Of a stretch of DNA of 64,000 bases, positions 10,127 through 20,051 are shown in pieces (the first letter of the stretch is position 1; every line of letters begins with the position of its first letter). Location of the stretch: IMG/VR virus record IMGVR_UViG_3300013121_000030, positions 128,001 through 192,000 of that record; one strand, written 5' to 3'. The notes under the pieces were generated by a model that saw only the letters and a program-made list of their open reading frames with translations, did no database searches and was not told where the DNA came from. This DNA comes from an uncultured virus (IMG/VR IMGVR_UViG_3300013121_000030) (lineage: Duplodnaviria; Heunggongvirae; Uroviricota; Caudoviricetes). The position numbers and the translations under genes are program-made.

Positions 10127-11334
10127 TGGAAATCGCAGTTGGCAGGAGAGATTTGGAGAAGGCAATGGCGTTGGCCTCCCTTGCACTGGGGCCGTCGTCG
10201 GCTGACGACTTCACTCGTTTGGTGCTCGTTCGGGTTTCAGAATCTGGTCCTTCGGGTCGGATTGATCTGATAACGTCCACGGGGAAATTGGGATCTCGGG
10301 TCCCGATCCTTGTGGAGACAGACTTGCCTGTGGGTCACCAATTTGCAATCGAAGGCTGGCGTCTGAAGCAATGGGTGGCTTCGGCGACGGAGGAGGTGAT
10401 TAGGTTTCGGGTGGAGGATAAATCCCCTGTTCGAGCCTCCACTTCACGGGGGAGTGTTATGCTTCCAGCTTTTGACCCAGGGGGGTTCAAAAACTGGGAG
10501 ACAATGGCATCTCCGATGCCTGTTCCTTCATCCAAAGTTGACGCCAAGAAGCTCCACAGTGCTCTCTCCTATGCCAAGTCGTTTGTTGGGGAGTCAAACC
10601 CAACAAACCCCGGAACAGCGGTTCTGGAAGTCAGCCAGGGAACCTTGCGGGCTACGGATCTTAAGGCCCTTGCGATCATTGAGGTTGAGGAGATTTCTCG
10701 ACGCAACCTCCGCATCCACGGGAAGGACGTTGGGGCCTTCTTGTCCTTCTTGGCAGCGGTAGAGGGTGAGGTTGAACTCCAGGACCACGCCCTATTTCTT
10801 GTAGCAGAGACGGAGGCGGGAGAAGTTTTTGTTGTTATACGACCTTCTTCCGACTATGAGTTCCCGACAATCAACATCTCGACCAACACAAATGATCCCT
10901 ACTGGGTTGAGATCGACCCGTCCGAGTTGAGGTCGTCAATTACCAGCTTGATTGCTGGGGCGGAGCGAGAGGATCACCTGGTAAACCTCAAGCTCCGGAA
11001 AAGTGAAGATCTTACGCAAGAGATTGGGCTCGTGGTGGGGATGAGGCCCGTTGTTCCTTCACAGGGAGTCCTCAACGAGGTCCGAGTGGGGTGTTTCTCG
11101 TCTGGCGGGACCCCAGATGCGGTCCCTTTCCCTAAGTCTGGAGTTGAGGTGGACTACCACTACCTCAATAAGTTGGTTGCGGGCCGGAAGGAGCGGATCC
11201 GACTTGGGTTTCATGTGATGATTGGAGCAGAGGCTCACCGAAAGAACGGTTGGGTTCAAATGCGCGAGGAGAGGGACGGGTACCGATCTTTTACGTTGGT
11301 GAAGTGGGCCCGTTCAGTTGAGGATTTGGGATGA
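10123..11334 (+). CDS. DNA polymerase III beta-clamp-like protein
   Basis: About 400 aa, LRATD motif, YEFP, VDYHYL; DnaX and primase nearby. Confidence 0.65.
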   Translation: MMEIAVGRRDLEKAMALASLALGPSSADDFTRLVLVRVSESGPSGRIDLITSTGKLGSRVPILVETDLPVGHQFAIEGWRLKQWVASATEEVIRFRVEDKSPVRASTSRGSVMLPAFDPGGFKNWETMASPMPVPSSKVDAKKLHSALSYAKSFVGESNPTNPGTAVLEVSQGTLRATDLKALAIIEVEEISRRNLRIHGKDVGAFLSFLAAVEGEVELQDHALFLVAETEAGEVFVVIRPSSDYEFPTINISTNTNDPYWVEIDPSELRSSITSLIAGAEREDHLVNLKLRKSEDLTQEIGLVVGMRPVVPSQGVLNEVRVGCFSSGGTPDAVPFPKSGVEVDYHYLNKLVAGRKERIRLGFHVMIGAEAHRKNGWVQMREERDGYRSFTLVKWARSVEDLG

Positions 11335-11975
11335 CTCTTTCGTCACGAATGGTGAATCTTGGGGGTGTCATCTCCAAGATTGAGGGTCTCAGTGAGGCTA
11401 CGAGGCTCCAGCGTCAATCGGTGGAGGTGCGCTTGGCGCACCTCCAAAACCATTCACGACTCTTGGTCCTCTCAGGCGAGATATTGAGGCATATGATCGA
11501 TGCTTCTATCTCATCGGCGGTGACTTCGGCCGCAGCCCTTCAAACCGAGGGGTTGCGGGAGATATTTTTTGACCAGAAGCTTCTTGTTAAACATGAAGTG
11601 GAGGAGGTTCGGGGGAAGATCTCGGTTCGATTTCCTATCGAAAACTCGTCGGGGGGGATTGTGGTCGTTGGGGACAGCCTGGACACATTTGGCGGCTCCA
11701 TTTTGACTGTCCAATCGATCCTCTTGAGGATCACAGTGATGTTCCGTAGGGGGTTGAGACCAGTTTTGCTGCTGGACGAGACGTTGGCGGCTGTGGCGGA
11801 CAAGTATGTTGAAAGGACTGGGAAGTTTTTGTCTCTTCTGTGCAACCGACTGGGCATGGACATCTTGATGGTCACCCACGATGATGCCGTCGTGAAGATG
11901 GCCGATCGGGCTTACAATGTGACCAAGGTGGCTGGGGAGGCGGTCTTCAAGCCGCTCTTGACCTCACCTCGATAG
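11331..11975 (+). CDS. Rad50/SbcC ATPase, C-terminal half
   Basis: Short coiled coil, signature-like FGGS, Walker B LLLDE, H-loop MVTH, ADRAY. Confidence 0.85.
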   Translation: MTLSSRMVNLGGVISKIEGLSEATRLQRQSVEVRLAHLQNHSRLLVLSGEILRHMIDASISSAVTSAAALQTEGLREIFFDQKLLVKHEVEEVRGKISVRFPIENSSGGIVVVGDSLDTFGGSILTVQSILLRITVMFRRGLRPVLLLDETLAAVADKYVERTGKFLSLLCNRLGMDILMVTHDDAVVKMADRAYNVTKVAGEAVFKPLLTSPR

Positions 11976-11986
11976 TAGATTGTGAC

Positions 11987-12484
11987 ATGAAGACTGAGGG
12001 AGCAATCCGACATCGTTTGGGGCAGGTCATTTTCCGGTACCGGAAGAGATTTGTCGAGCAGAGCAGTCTCCCTTCCCCCCTCAACTGTAAACATAATGGA
12101 GAGGTGCGATTGCCGATCCTTCCTTCCCAAGGGGGGTCGTCTGCCATCCATGTCTGCCGCTATCATTCTCAGGACGGGGACTGGAATAATGTCGTCTGTG
12201 ACCTGATGTTTGGAGGTCTCAGCACAGCACGATCATGCCCCCTCTTCGAGGCACTCTTTTCTCCAGAGCAGCTCAAGCAACAGTTCAACGAAGAAGTTCG
12301 CAAGGTGATGGCCAATGCTCAAGGGGAAGATCCGAAGGCACAGGAGGTGGCGAGGATGGTCTTGAGCCGAAAATTCCCGGATGCAGCCATGCTTTTGTGG
12401 GTTCTTGGGTCTGGAGAAGACCTGGAGGACATTCAGGAAGAACCACCAGCTCCTGAAGAGGCCAAAGATGTCGACAATCTTTGA
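11987..12484 (+). CDS. Hypothetical protein with four spaced Cys
   Basis: NCKHN..VC..VCD..CPLF. Confidence 0.6.
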   Translation: MKTEGAIRHRLGQVIFRYRKRFVEQSSLPSPLNCKHNGEVRLPILPSQGGSSAIHVCRYHSQDGDWNNVVCDLMFGGLSTARSCPLFEALFSPEQLKQQFNEEVRKVMANAQGEDPKAQEVARMVLSRKFPDAAMLLWVLGSGEDLEDIQEEPPAPEEAKDVDNL

Positions 12485-13034
12485 TGTGCAAGAGTTTGGC
12501 TCCTTGGTGGGGAACTCCTCAACAAGGAGTCTCCAGTTCATGGAATTCACAGTGGACCCTCTTTATGGTCCGTTTTTGGCCTCTGGGACGAGAAAGCTTC
12601 TGTGGGTGGATAAGCTTCGCCCGGGAAACCGTTTGCGGGTCGCGCTTTGCGACTTGGACAAGCTTACCGATTTTGCAGTTCTCAAGTCTATCTTGATCCG
12701 AGCTGAATATTCGGGGTGGGGATCTGTGTTCCCGTGGTCTCCGGAGGGCCTGAAGGCCTCCGAGGATAGGTTTCGGATGTATGGGATGGCTGGGACGAGA
12801 GTCCTGGCTCCCGCAGAGGATGTCGAGGAACTCAAGTTGTGGGGTGCTCCTGTGGAGGCCCATACAGGCCTCCACGGAGGGTGGTCGGTGATGATCTCAG
12901 GTTCGGGGCCACTTGGGGTACTTGGGCTTGTAGGTTCAAATCGAGCTTTTTTGATGGCTCAAAATACATCGAGGGCCGTCAATTTTCTGAGGAAGCCCAA
13001 TGATCTCCGAAGCAGGCATGGCATGGATGGGTGA
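12468..13034 (+). CDS. Hypothetical protein
   Basis: ATG 12468 with gagg SD; in operon. Confidence 0.55.
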   Translation: MSTIFDVQEFGSLVGNSSTRSLQFMEFTVDPLYGPFLASGTRKLLWVDKLRPGNRLRVALCDLDKLTDFAVLKSILIRAEYSGWGSVFPWSPEGLKASEDRFRMYGMAGTRVLAPAEDVEELKLWGAPVEAHTGLHGGWSVMISGSGPLGVLGLVGSNRAFLMAQNTSRAVNFLRKPNDLRSRHGMDG

Positions 13035-13692
13035 AGCTCTTCGAGAACTTGTTCTCGACAGCTTCTCTGAAATGTATGTGCAAAGCCGGGGTGTCAACAC
13101 CCAGTTGATTCAGAAGCTGGGGCTGGTGACGTGGCAGTGCCCATCAACCCCGTGTCCAGACGACACGGGGAGGTTCCTCTATGGCCCATATGGGGAGAGG
13201 TTGGAGGGGCGTTTGATGATGCCCTGGTTCTCTCCTTCGGGGTCCCTGGTCAGTTTCGAGTCTCGTCCTCCATTTGAGAAGGATCTTTTAAAGATCCAGG
13301 GCCCTTCTGCACGTTGGATCCCCGTGTGGGCAGGGATGCCTTTTTCAATGCCAGAGATCGCACGACAGCGTCGCGTTGTTCTTGTGGAAGGGTTCTTTGA
13401 TGCAGTCCCTTTTTGGAGGAATTTTCCTACGACGCCTGTCTTGGCATGTGGCACCTCAAAGCTGTCATGGAACCAGAGAAGATTTTTGCTCCGGTGGGTG
13501 AGGGAGGTGATCGTGATTTTTGACCATGACGATGCGGGTATCTCTGGGGTTGAGCAGGTTCGCAAGGCGATGGGACAAGAAGTTGCGGTTCGCCCCTTTT
13601 GCACGTTCGGGCAGGTTGGGGAGGATCCTTCGTCTTTCTGGGCAAGAGTTGGGGATCATGGGTTTCTCCAAGAATTTGCGATGGTAGCGTAG
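13000..13692 (+). CDS. DnaG-type primase (catalytic/Toprim part only)
   Basis: GRLMMP, VLVEGFFD, GT, FDHDDAG, EDP; no N-terminal Zn-binding domain. Confidence 0.8.
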   Translation: MISEAGMAWMGEALRELVLDSFSEMYVQSRGVNTQLIQKLGLVTWQCPSTPCPDDTGRFLYGPYGERLEGRLMMPWFSPSGSLVSFESRPPFEKDLLKIQGPSARWIPVWAGMPFSMPEIARQRRVVLVEGFFDAVPFWRNFPTTPVLACGTSKLSWNQRRFLLRWVREVIVIFDHDDAGISGVEQVRKAMGQEVAVRPFCTFGQVGEDPSSFWARVGDHGFLQEFAMVA

Positions 13693-13707
13693 TCCGGGAG
13701 TAAAAAA

Positions 13708-14277
13708 ATGGTAGACCGATTCAAGGCAGGATCCAAGTCAGACGCTCTTAAAATCCTCGTGGAACTTATCCACGAGGCACATCCACATCTGTCTCTCATC
13801 CAGGACCAGATCGTGATTATGTTCCGTGAGGATGTGAAGGTCCCTCTGGGGAAGGTCTCGAAGGTCTCTCCGAAGCTGTCTGAGTGGACAGAGCAGGCAT
13901 TCACCTACCTCGTCGAGATTGAGTTGCCAGCCCCACTGTGGAACACCTGGGATGAAAACACCAGGCGAGCTGTGATGGACCACTGGATGTGCGCAATCGC
14001 CGTCAAGGAAGACGAGGAGTCAGACAAGATCTCGGTGAAGATCCGAGAACCCGAGATTTGCTACTATGCGGATGAAATGTCGAGGTATGGGGAGTACCTC
14101 CCTGTGGACGACGGTGCATGGCTGGCGTTTGAGAAGATTGTAGAGTCCAAGAACAACATGAGGGCGTCTATGCCTCCTCCTGTGGTCAAAGGTCCCAAAT
14201 TGCCACCCCCCAAGAAGGGTGCTTCACCTAAGAAGGGGACAGAGACCGCAGAGGATGACTCCGAGTCCTCGAACTAA
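13708..14277 (+). CDS. Phage metallopeptidase-like protein (degenerate HExxH)
   Basis: LGKVSK..YLVEI..W..RRAVMDHWMC..RYG pattern. Confidence 0.5.
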   Translation: MVDRFKAGSKSDALKILVELIHEAHPHLSLIQDQIVIMFREDVKVPLGKVSKVSPKLSEWTEQAFTYLVEIELPAPLWNTWDENTRRAVMDHWMCAIAVKEDEESDKISVKIREPEICYYADEMSRYGEYLPVDDGAWLAFEKIVESKNNMRASMPPPVVKGPKLPPPKKGASPKKGTETAEDDSESSN

Positions 14278-14306
14278 GGGAGAGCCACCATGGGTATGAG
14301 AGACCC

Positions 14307-15734
14307 ATGGGGTTGGATACCAAGTACAGGCCGAGAAGCTACGGGGATGTCCTAGGCCAGGAGGGGACAATCAAAATTTGCCGTGGGATTGTTGAGCGCG
14401 GACAGCGATTTCAACAATCCTATGTTTTTTATGGTCCGTGGGGGTCTGGCAAGACTACCTTGGCGAGGATCTTCGCTCGGGCGCTGCTGTGCTCCTCCCC
14501 TCAAAGGGGGGAACCCTGCGATCAATGTCCCTCATGCATATCGATTTTGAGGGGGTCGAGTGAGACCTTGGTGGAAATTGATGCTGCTACCTCCTCGGGG
14601 AAGGAGGATATCCGAAAGATCCGTGAAGATGCAGAATACGGGGCTTTTGGGGGATCCAGAAAGATCTACCTCATTGACGAGAGCCATGAGCTGAGCCGTC
14701 AAGCGATGGATGCTCTTCTCAAGCCTCTGGAAGACACATTCTTGGGATCGTTGGATAAGCGGCTCGTGTGCATTTTCTGCACTACGGAGCCCGCTAAGAT
14801 GAGATCTGCGATTATGTCAAGGTGTGCCCCTGCCTTCCGGATTCACCCCAATTCTCCCAAGCAGATCCGCGAGCGCCTGGAGAAGATTTGTGCGGCAGAG
14901 GGAATATCTGCGGATCCCGCGGCTCTGGAACTGATCGCGGAGGTCAAAGAGTCTCATATTCGTGACTGCCTCAAGGCAGTCGAAGCTCTTGCAACAAGAG
15001 GAGATATTGGGCTGGAGGGAGTCCGAGAATATCTCCATTTGGGTGCCTCAGAGTGGGTTTTGGAGGCGTTGGGGAAGGTAGGGGTTGACTGTACAGGGAT
15101 TTCTGCGCCCCTGAAGAAGTTGGAGGAAACTACATCTTCTTCAGTTGCGTATGAGAAGTTTGCGTCCTTGAGTCTGTTGGCATATTTGGTGTCCACGAAC
15201 AAGCAAACCCCAGTTCCGACATTTTTGAGTAGGACAAGGCTCCAAGAAATTGGAGATCGGTTGGGGGTCTTCCTGGTTAAGTGTGCTCGGACGTTCTCGG
15301 AACGTCCCTATCGGTCCACTTATACGATGCTGGTCTGCGATTTGTTGTACTTGGATGCCATGCAACGCGGACTGTGGGTGGAAGGCGGGTCCCCGAAGTT
15401 CCATGTGTCTCTTCCACCGGCACAGGGTGCCACAGAGACCACATCTCCGATGGATGTTCCCAACACCCCATTTGTGACAGAGACAGGGGTCAGCATCGAC
15501 CCCATCGCACGGAAGAGACCCACCGGGCACAAAGCCACTCCCGTGGAGGAATCGAAGGCGATGAAGGGCACTGAGATCAGCGCGGAATCGTTTTCGGTGG
15601 TATTGGTGGAGAAGGTTTTAGGAGCCACCAACCAGGAACAAAAGAGTGGATCGAAGGGACACACACTCATGGGTGACTCTCGAACTGACGCAAATCGGGA
15701 TCAACCTCATCGAGGAGAAGCGTCTGGAGAGTGA
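14307..15734 (+). CDS. dnaX: DNA polymerase III gamma/tau clamp loader
   Basis: KYRP..VLGQ, GPWGSGKTT, C..PCDQCPSC, EIDAA, IDESH, LLKPLE, CTTE, SRC. Confidence 0.93.
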   Translation: MGLDTKYRPRSYGDVLGQEGTIKICRGIVERGQRFQQSYVFYGPWGSGKTTLARIFARALLCSSPQRGEPCDQCPSCISILRGSSETLVEIDAATSSGKEDIRKIREDAEYGAFGGSRKIYLIDESHELSRQAMDALLKPLEDTFLGSLDKRLVCIFCTTEPAKMRSAIMSRCAPAFRIHPNSPKQIRERLEKICAAEGISADPAALELIAEVKESHIRDCLKAVEALATRGDIGLEGVREYLHLGASEWVLEALGKVGVDCTGISAPLKKLEETTSSSVAYEKFASLSLLAYLVSTNKQTPVPTFLSRTRLQEIGDRLGVFLVKCARTFSERPYRSTYTMLVCDLLYLDAMQRGLWVEGGSPKFHVSLPPAQGATETTSPMDVPNTPFVTETGVSIDPIARKRPTGHKATPVEESKAMKGTEISAESFSVVLVEKVLGATNQEQKSGSKGHTLMGDSRTDANRDQPHRGEASGE

Positions 15735-16209
15735 GATTCGTCGTCTTCTGAACGTGGATGCGTCGTGGCCGATTTTTGTTCCGGTTCGATTGTACGAAAA
15801 GAATGGACGAACCATAGCCCTCCATCTCATGGAGGGCTATGTGTTTGTAGCTGCTGGACTGGATGAGATCCGCTATTTTAGGTTGGAGAGGACTAAAATT
15901 GTGGAGAGAGTCCTCTCCAGCAAGGACCCCAACTCTGGGGTCAAAGTCCTTAAGGTCCTCCCCGATTCCGAGATCCAAATTTTACGTTCCCAGTTGTGCG
16001 AGCGAGTAACGGAGGATCTCGCAGAGGGAACCCCTGTGGTGATCACACAGGGAGTGTATGCGAGGTTGGAGGGGAGAGTCGTAGATTCACTTGGGGAAGA
16101 CCCCAATAATATCTTGGTTCTCTTCAACTTCAGGTCGATGAGTCGGATCTCGAAGATACCCAGGGAATTTGTTGAAGTGGTATCAGGGGAGTCACAGCAT
16201 GTGGTATGA
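15646..16209 (+). CDS. NusG-family transcription factor
   Basis: IFVP..LMEGYVFV NGN domain and KOW motif GTPVVITQGVYARLEGRV. Confidence 0.8.
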   Translation: MDRRDTHSWVTLELTQIGINLIEEKRLESEIRRLLNVDASWPIFVPVRLYEKNGRTIALHLMEGYVFVAAGLDEIRYFRLERTKIVERVLSSKDPNSGVKVLKVLPDSEIQILRSQLCERVTEDLAEGTPVVITQGVYARLEGRVVDSLGEDPNNILVLFNFRSMSRISKIPREFVEVVSGESQHVV

Positions 16210-17083
16210 CTCCCAATTTACAAGTTTGGCGGATATAGCTTCGAGAATTCCGGACCATTCTGCTTTGGAGCAGATGGAGGCCCTGATTCAGGGGTTGGGG
16301 GATGATCCATCGGAGTCGGCGCAGAAGATGCTGGAGAGGGTACGGGAGTCAATCTCACAGCTCCCAGAGCGGGAGGCCGACTTCGTTGAGCTGTACTATT
16401 TTTTGTTCAAGACTCAGACAGAGATCGCCTACCTCTTTCGAGTTAGCCAGCCGACCGTTTGTTATCGTCTCCAAAGGGCAGCCAGGAGGATCCGATTTCT
16501 GTTGTCCCTGCCGACACTCTCGGACGATGATTTGCACAAAATGGGTGAGGATCTGAACAAGGTCTTGAAGGACCCCATAAACGACCCGAAAATTCTCATT
16601 CGGATGTACCACACCTCTTGTCAAAGTGTGGTAGCCAAGGAGATGGGGGTGTCCCAAGGGAAGATCCGCCATCGTTTGATGCGGTCGATTGATATTCTGA
16701 GTAGGCTCAAAAACAGGTCCGAGGACTTCAAAAAATACTATGACCTTTTTGTTCTGATTGTTGAAGCCTCGAACATCCGAAGAGAGGTTCAGAGGCCCTC
16801 CTCTGGGTCCAAGATGAGGTACATCCTGGATTGTGACCCTGATCCTAATATCTCCTCCTTTGCTGTCTTTGAAGATGAGGATCTTCTTCTAAGTGAAGTT
16901 GGGAAGGCTTCGGGAGAAGTGAGCCTTGTCTGGAGGGAGGTTCAGAAGTTATTGGTGTGGGCAGAAGTGGACATGGTTTGGGGTGATATTCAGGTTCAAA
17001 TCTCTGCGAGGGAACAATCAGAAGGGTCCTTTGAGGCGGACTTCATTGCCCGAGAAGTCCTTGGGGTTGTGTTAGGGGCTTGA
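16199..17083 (+). CDS. Sigma-70 region 4-like transcription factor with two HTHs
   Basis: LPEREADFVELYY..TQTEIAYLFRVSQPTVCYRLQRA and a second HTH QSVVAKEMGVSQGKIRHRL. Confidence 0.7.
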   Translation: MWYDSQFTSLADIASRIPDHSALEQMEALIQGLGDDPSESAQKMLERVRESISQLPEREADFVELYYFLFKTQTEIAYLFRVSQPTVCYRLQRAARRIRFLLSLPTLSDDDLHKMGEDLNKVLKDPINDPKILIRMYHTSCQSVVAKEMGVSQGKIRHRLMRSIDILSRLKNRSEDFKKYYDLFVLIVEASNIRREVQRPSSGSKMRYILDCDPDPNISSFAVFEDEDLLLSEVGKASGEVSLVWREVQKLLVWAEVDMVWGDIQVQISAREQSEGSFEADFIAREVLGVVLGA

Positions 17084-17131
17084 GTACAGCGCTTTTCCTA
17101 TTATGGAAAAGGGGGAGGTAGAGCCCTTCTT

Positions 17132-17446
17132 ATGCCCCGACCCCCCAACAAGACTAAGATTGTACGCTCCATTGTGATGGCCAAGAGTGTGGCTTCATCG
17201 TGGCTGGAGAAAAAGTCCAAGCCCGAATATCGTTTTTTTGTGATGGCCTCACCCAAGTTCTTCGCATCATATCTCCGGGCTTTTCGAGATGGGAAAGTGC
17301 GAATTGCCAGCCTCACGAGGATTCCGGACCTGGGGGTCCAGGAGTCCGGACATGGATTCTATGTCTGGTCCTCAGACGTAAACTCTCTTCGGTCTCTGAA
17401 GGAATACTTCTCGGTCAAGGGCATCGAGACTTCATGGATCTGGTGA
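17132..17446 (+). CDS. Hypothetical protein
   Basis: ggagg SD; first gene of the structural block. Confidence 0.6.
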   Translation: MPRPPNKTKIVRSIVMAKSVASSWLEKKSKPEYRFFVMASPKFFASYLRAFRDGKVRIASLTRIPDLGVQESGHGFYVWSSDVNSLRSLKEYFSVKGIETSWIW

Positions 17447-17447
17447 T

Positions 17448-17888
17448 ATGGCAACGACGACTCTCAAGGAGGCGTGTTTCACTTACATCGTCCGCACAAG
17501 CAATCGGTGCGAACCACCATGGCTTTTTACAGTCGTTCGTAATCAAGATGGGACTCTGGGAGTCCGGAATATCATCGGCCCTTATGGGCCTCTGTGCAAC
17601 ACAGGGGCTCAAATCCCGGAAGAAGTTCTGGAGGCAATTCAGGACTCCAAAAATCAGGTGGAGGATATCTTGTCCCACACTGGCCAGCTCTCAGGAACCC
17701 TGACGTTTACAAACCAAACGAGCGCATCGATTACATTTTCTGCGCCGTTCACGAGTACGAATTACATCGTCCTGGTGTCTCTTCAGGAGTTCGTTCCCTG
17801 GAAAATCTCCAACAAAACCACAACAGGATTCGACATCGAGCTGGGGGTCACCTTCACAGGCACAGTCCAGTACATCGTCTTTGTTTGA
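17448..17888 (+). CDS. Putative virion protein (small beta-domain)
   Basis: C-terminal F.AP...NYIV...NKTTTGF domain shared with the next gene. Confidence 0.55.
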   Translation: MATTTLKEACFTYIVRTSNRCEPPWLFTVVRNQDGTLGVRNIIGPYGPLCNTGAQIPEEVLEAIQDSKNQVEDILSHTGQLSGTLTFTNQTSASITFSAPFTSTNYIVLVSLQEFVPWKISNKTTTGFDIELGVTFTGTVQYIVFV

Positions 17889-17899
17889 GGTAGTCTGCC

Positions 17900-19492
17900 A
17901 TGGCTCAATCTCCATTTCGCTCTGACCAGTTCCAGATTGAAGGGGATTCGTCTCCTTCCTTGGGTAGCCGACTCATCCTGGATGATCCCCTGGATGGATC
18001 CCTCCGCTTTGTTGATCCTAGAATCCCTGGGGGAGTCAACCTCACAGCCTTGGCTGGGCTCCAGCAAGTGGCTCGGGTTCTGGTGGTTTCCCCTTCGGGA
18101 ATTGGGGCTTCCAAGGATAGTGATGGGGACCCAATCACCACAATCCAGGCAGCCCTGGATGCGGTCCCAGACACCTCTGGGCCCACAGATCCATGGGTGA
18201 TTTTGGTGGGCCCAGGTGTCTATCAGGAAGACATCATCCTCACGAAGACCTATGTTTGGCTTGTTGGGTTGGGGGGTGTGACGCTCCGCCCTGCAACAGC
18301 TACGAGCACGGTTCGAGTGGTAGCTGGGCCCTCAACGGTGCCACAGAGGGTGACACTTCAAAATTTGACGATCGAGTGCCCAAATGCCAATCAGGCGTGC
18401 GTGGATGTCCTTTCGTCGACGTTTGCCATGGCAACAATTACGTTGGCGTCCAACCCAAACGTTGGGGACTCCCTGACAATCAATGGGATCGTGCTGACCG
18501 CAATCGCAGTCGGGGGCATCCCTGCACCATTCGAGTTTGCACTTGGGGCGACGACCACAGCGACGGCTTCTAATATTGTGGAAGCAGTCCAGGACCCCCT
18601 TAATCTGCTTGTAGGGGTGGTGGTGGCGACTTCATCTGCGGCAGTGGTAACACTTCGGGCTCAAGATCCTGGCGCTGCAGGAAACGCGCTAACTTTGTCC
18701 ACTTCAGTCCCTTTGGTGATGGTGTTGTCGGGAGCTACTTTTGCTGGGGGGCAAGACGAATCCTCCAACTCTCTTGTTGGTCTGGAGTCCATCCTGATCA
18801 CAGAGTGCGTTTTGGCAGCATCTACCACGCCTTGTTACCAAGTTCGGGCCAAAGCAATTAATGTGGTCCGTTGCACTCGATGCAGCGCGTTGGGGTCTAG
18901 CACAGGAAGCTATGTGGATGTGCGAGAGTGTGCAGAGGCCTCCCTGACTGATGTTAGGGGCCTATATCGCCTGGAGATGCACTATGACGCTGCTGCAGCT
19001 TTTCTTCCCTCTGTTCCAACCAGCGCCTATTCCCTGACTCAGGTTGAGGCTTCTGAAGATTTCAATTCAGCTCTTTCAGGACAGGGATCGCTGACAATGC
19101 TGTCCTCTGCGGCTGGGAATACCGCGTTCTCGGGGGATCGGATGTGGGTTGTGCGGGATTCATACCTGGGGAACCTCCAGGTAGGGATCCCATCTCCAAC
19201 GGTGACCCTTAGTCAGAGTGTTCGTGGGTCTCTGACTGGGTTTGGAGTGGGAACTTTCGAGGAGACGATGGTTGCGGGGTCCGCGACATTTGTGGCTTCT
19301 TCCTTTGAAGACGTTGTGTTTCAGGTGCCGCAACCTGACACGAGCTACATTGTGATGTTGGAGAGCAGTCTTGTTCCAGCTGCGGTGACTGATATCCCAA
19401 CGATCACAAACAAGGCGGCGACGGGGTTCCGTATCGAATTTGGGGCTCCTCAGTCCGTTACGATTCGTTATGCCGTATATCGAGACGTATGA
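17900..19492 (+). CDS. Putative tail/fibre protein with beta-helix start and sheath-like insert
   Basis: TTIQAALDA..ILVGPGVYQE (pectin-lyase-like start); Ala/Thr/Gly-rich domain. Confidence 0.55.
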   Translation: MAQSPFRSDQFQIEGDSSPSLGSRLILDDPLDGSLRFVDPRIPGGVNLTALAGLQQVARVLVVSPSGIGASKDSDGDPITTIQAALDAVPDTSGPTDPWVILVGPGVYQEDIILTKTYVWLVGLGGVTLRPATATSTVRVVAGPSTVPQRVTLQNLTIECPNANQACVDVLSSTFAMATITLASNPNVGDSLTINGIVLTAIAVGGIPAPFEFALGATTTATASNIVEAVQDPLNLLVGVVVATSSAAVVTLRAQDPGAAGNALTLSTSVPLVMVLSGATFAGGQDESSNSLVGLESILITECVLAASTTPCYQVRAKAINVVRCTRCSALGSSTGSYVDVRECAEASLTDVRGLYRLEMHYDAAAAFLPSVPTSAYSLTQVEASEDFNSALSGQGSLTMLSSAAGNTAFSGDRMWVVRDSYLGNLQVGIPSPTVTLSQSVRGSLTGFGVGTFEETMVAGSATFVASSFEDVVFQVPQPDTSYIVMLESSLVPAAVTDIPTITNKAATGFRIEFGAPQSVTIRYAVYRDV

Positions 19493-19504
19493 TACGGAGG
19501 AACC

Positions 19505-20050
19505 ATGTCCGAAGATTTTTGGAAGAGATTCAATGTGATCCCAATTACCACAACAGGTTCGGGGGCGATTGACCATTTCTTTGCATCCAACTCGGCGAGA
19601 GTTCCTTCTGAACTTGTGACGGCCCTGCAGGGGGTTCCAGCACTCGTGGCTGGGACGCGGGTGGCAATGGCAGCGAGCCTGGAGGCCACCTTGGCCTATT
19701 CTGGGGGGCCAGCCTCTGGTTCGGAGGGGACTGTGGTTCTTGTGAGGACGGCCTCTGGGGATACAACAACTGCGGGAAACACGGTTTTTGTGAAGTGGGA
19801 CTCTGGAGGATTTTTCCCAGTCTCTATTCACCACCTTGTGCCTGCGGCAAAGAATCGGAAGACGGCTGCGAACTTTGTGCGAGTGTCAGCAGGGATGGGG
19901 GATTTGGATGATTTCTTCCGTACCTCAGCGGATTCCCAGGACCTCGTGCATAAGGCGACCCAGGACTTGTGGTCATTGAAGACCACGACCAAGGGGGAGA
20001 TTTATCTTGCACGTCTCTTCAACGAGGCAGGGGACCCCCTGAAGGTATAA
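19505..20050 (+). CDS. Hypothetical, probable virion protein
   Basis: ggagg SD; LVHKATQDLW motif; in structural operon. Confidence 0.6.
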   Translation: MSEDFWKRFNVIPITTTGSGAIDHFFASNSARVPSELVTALQGVPALVAGTRVAMAASLEATLAYSGGPASGSEGTVVLVRTASGDTTTAGNTVFVKWDSGGFFPVSIHHLVPAAKNRKTAANFVRVSAGMGDLDDFFRTSADSQDLVHKATQDLWSLKTTTKGEIYLARLFNEAGDPLKV

Positions 20051-20051
20051 G

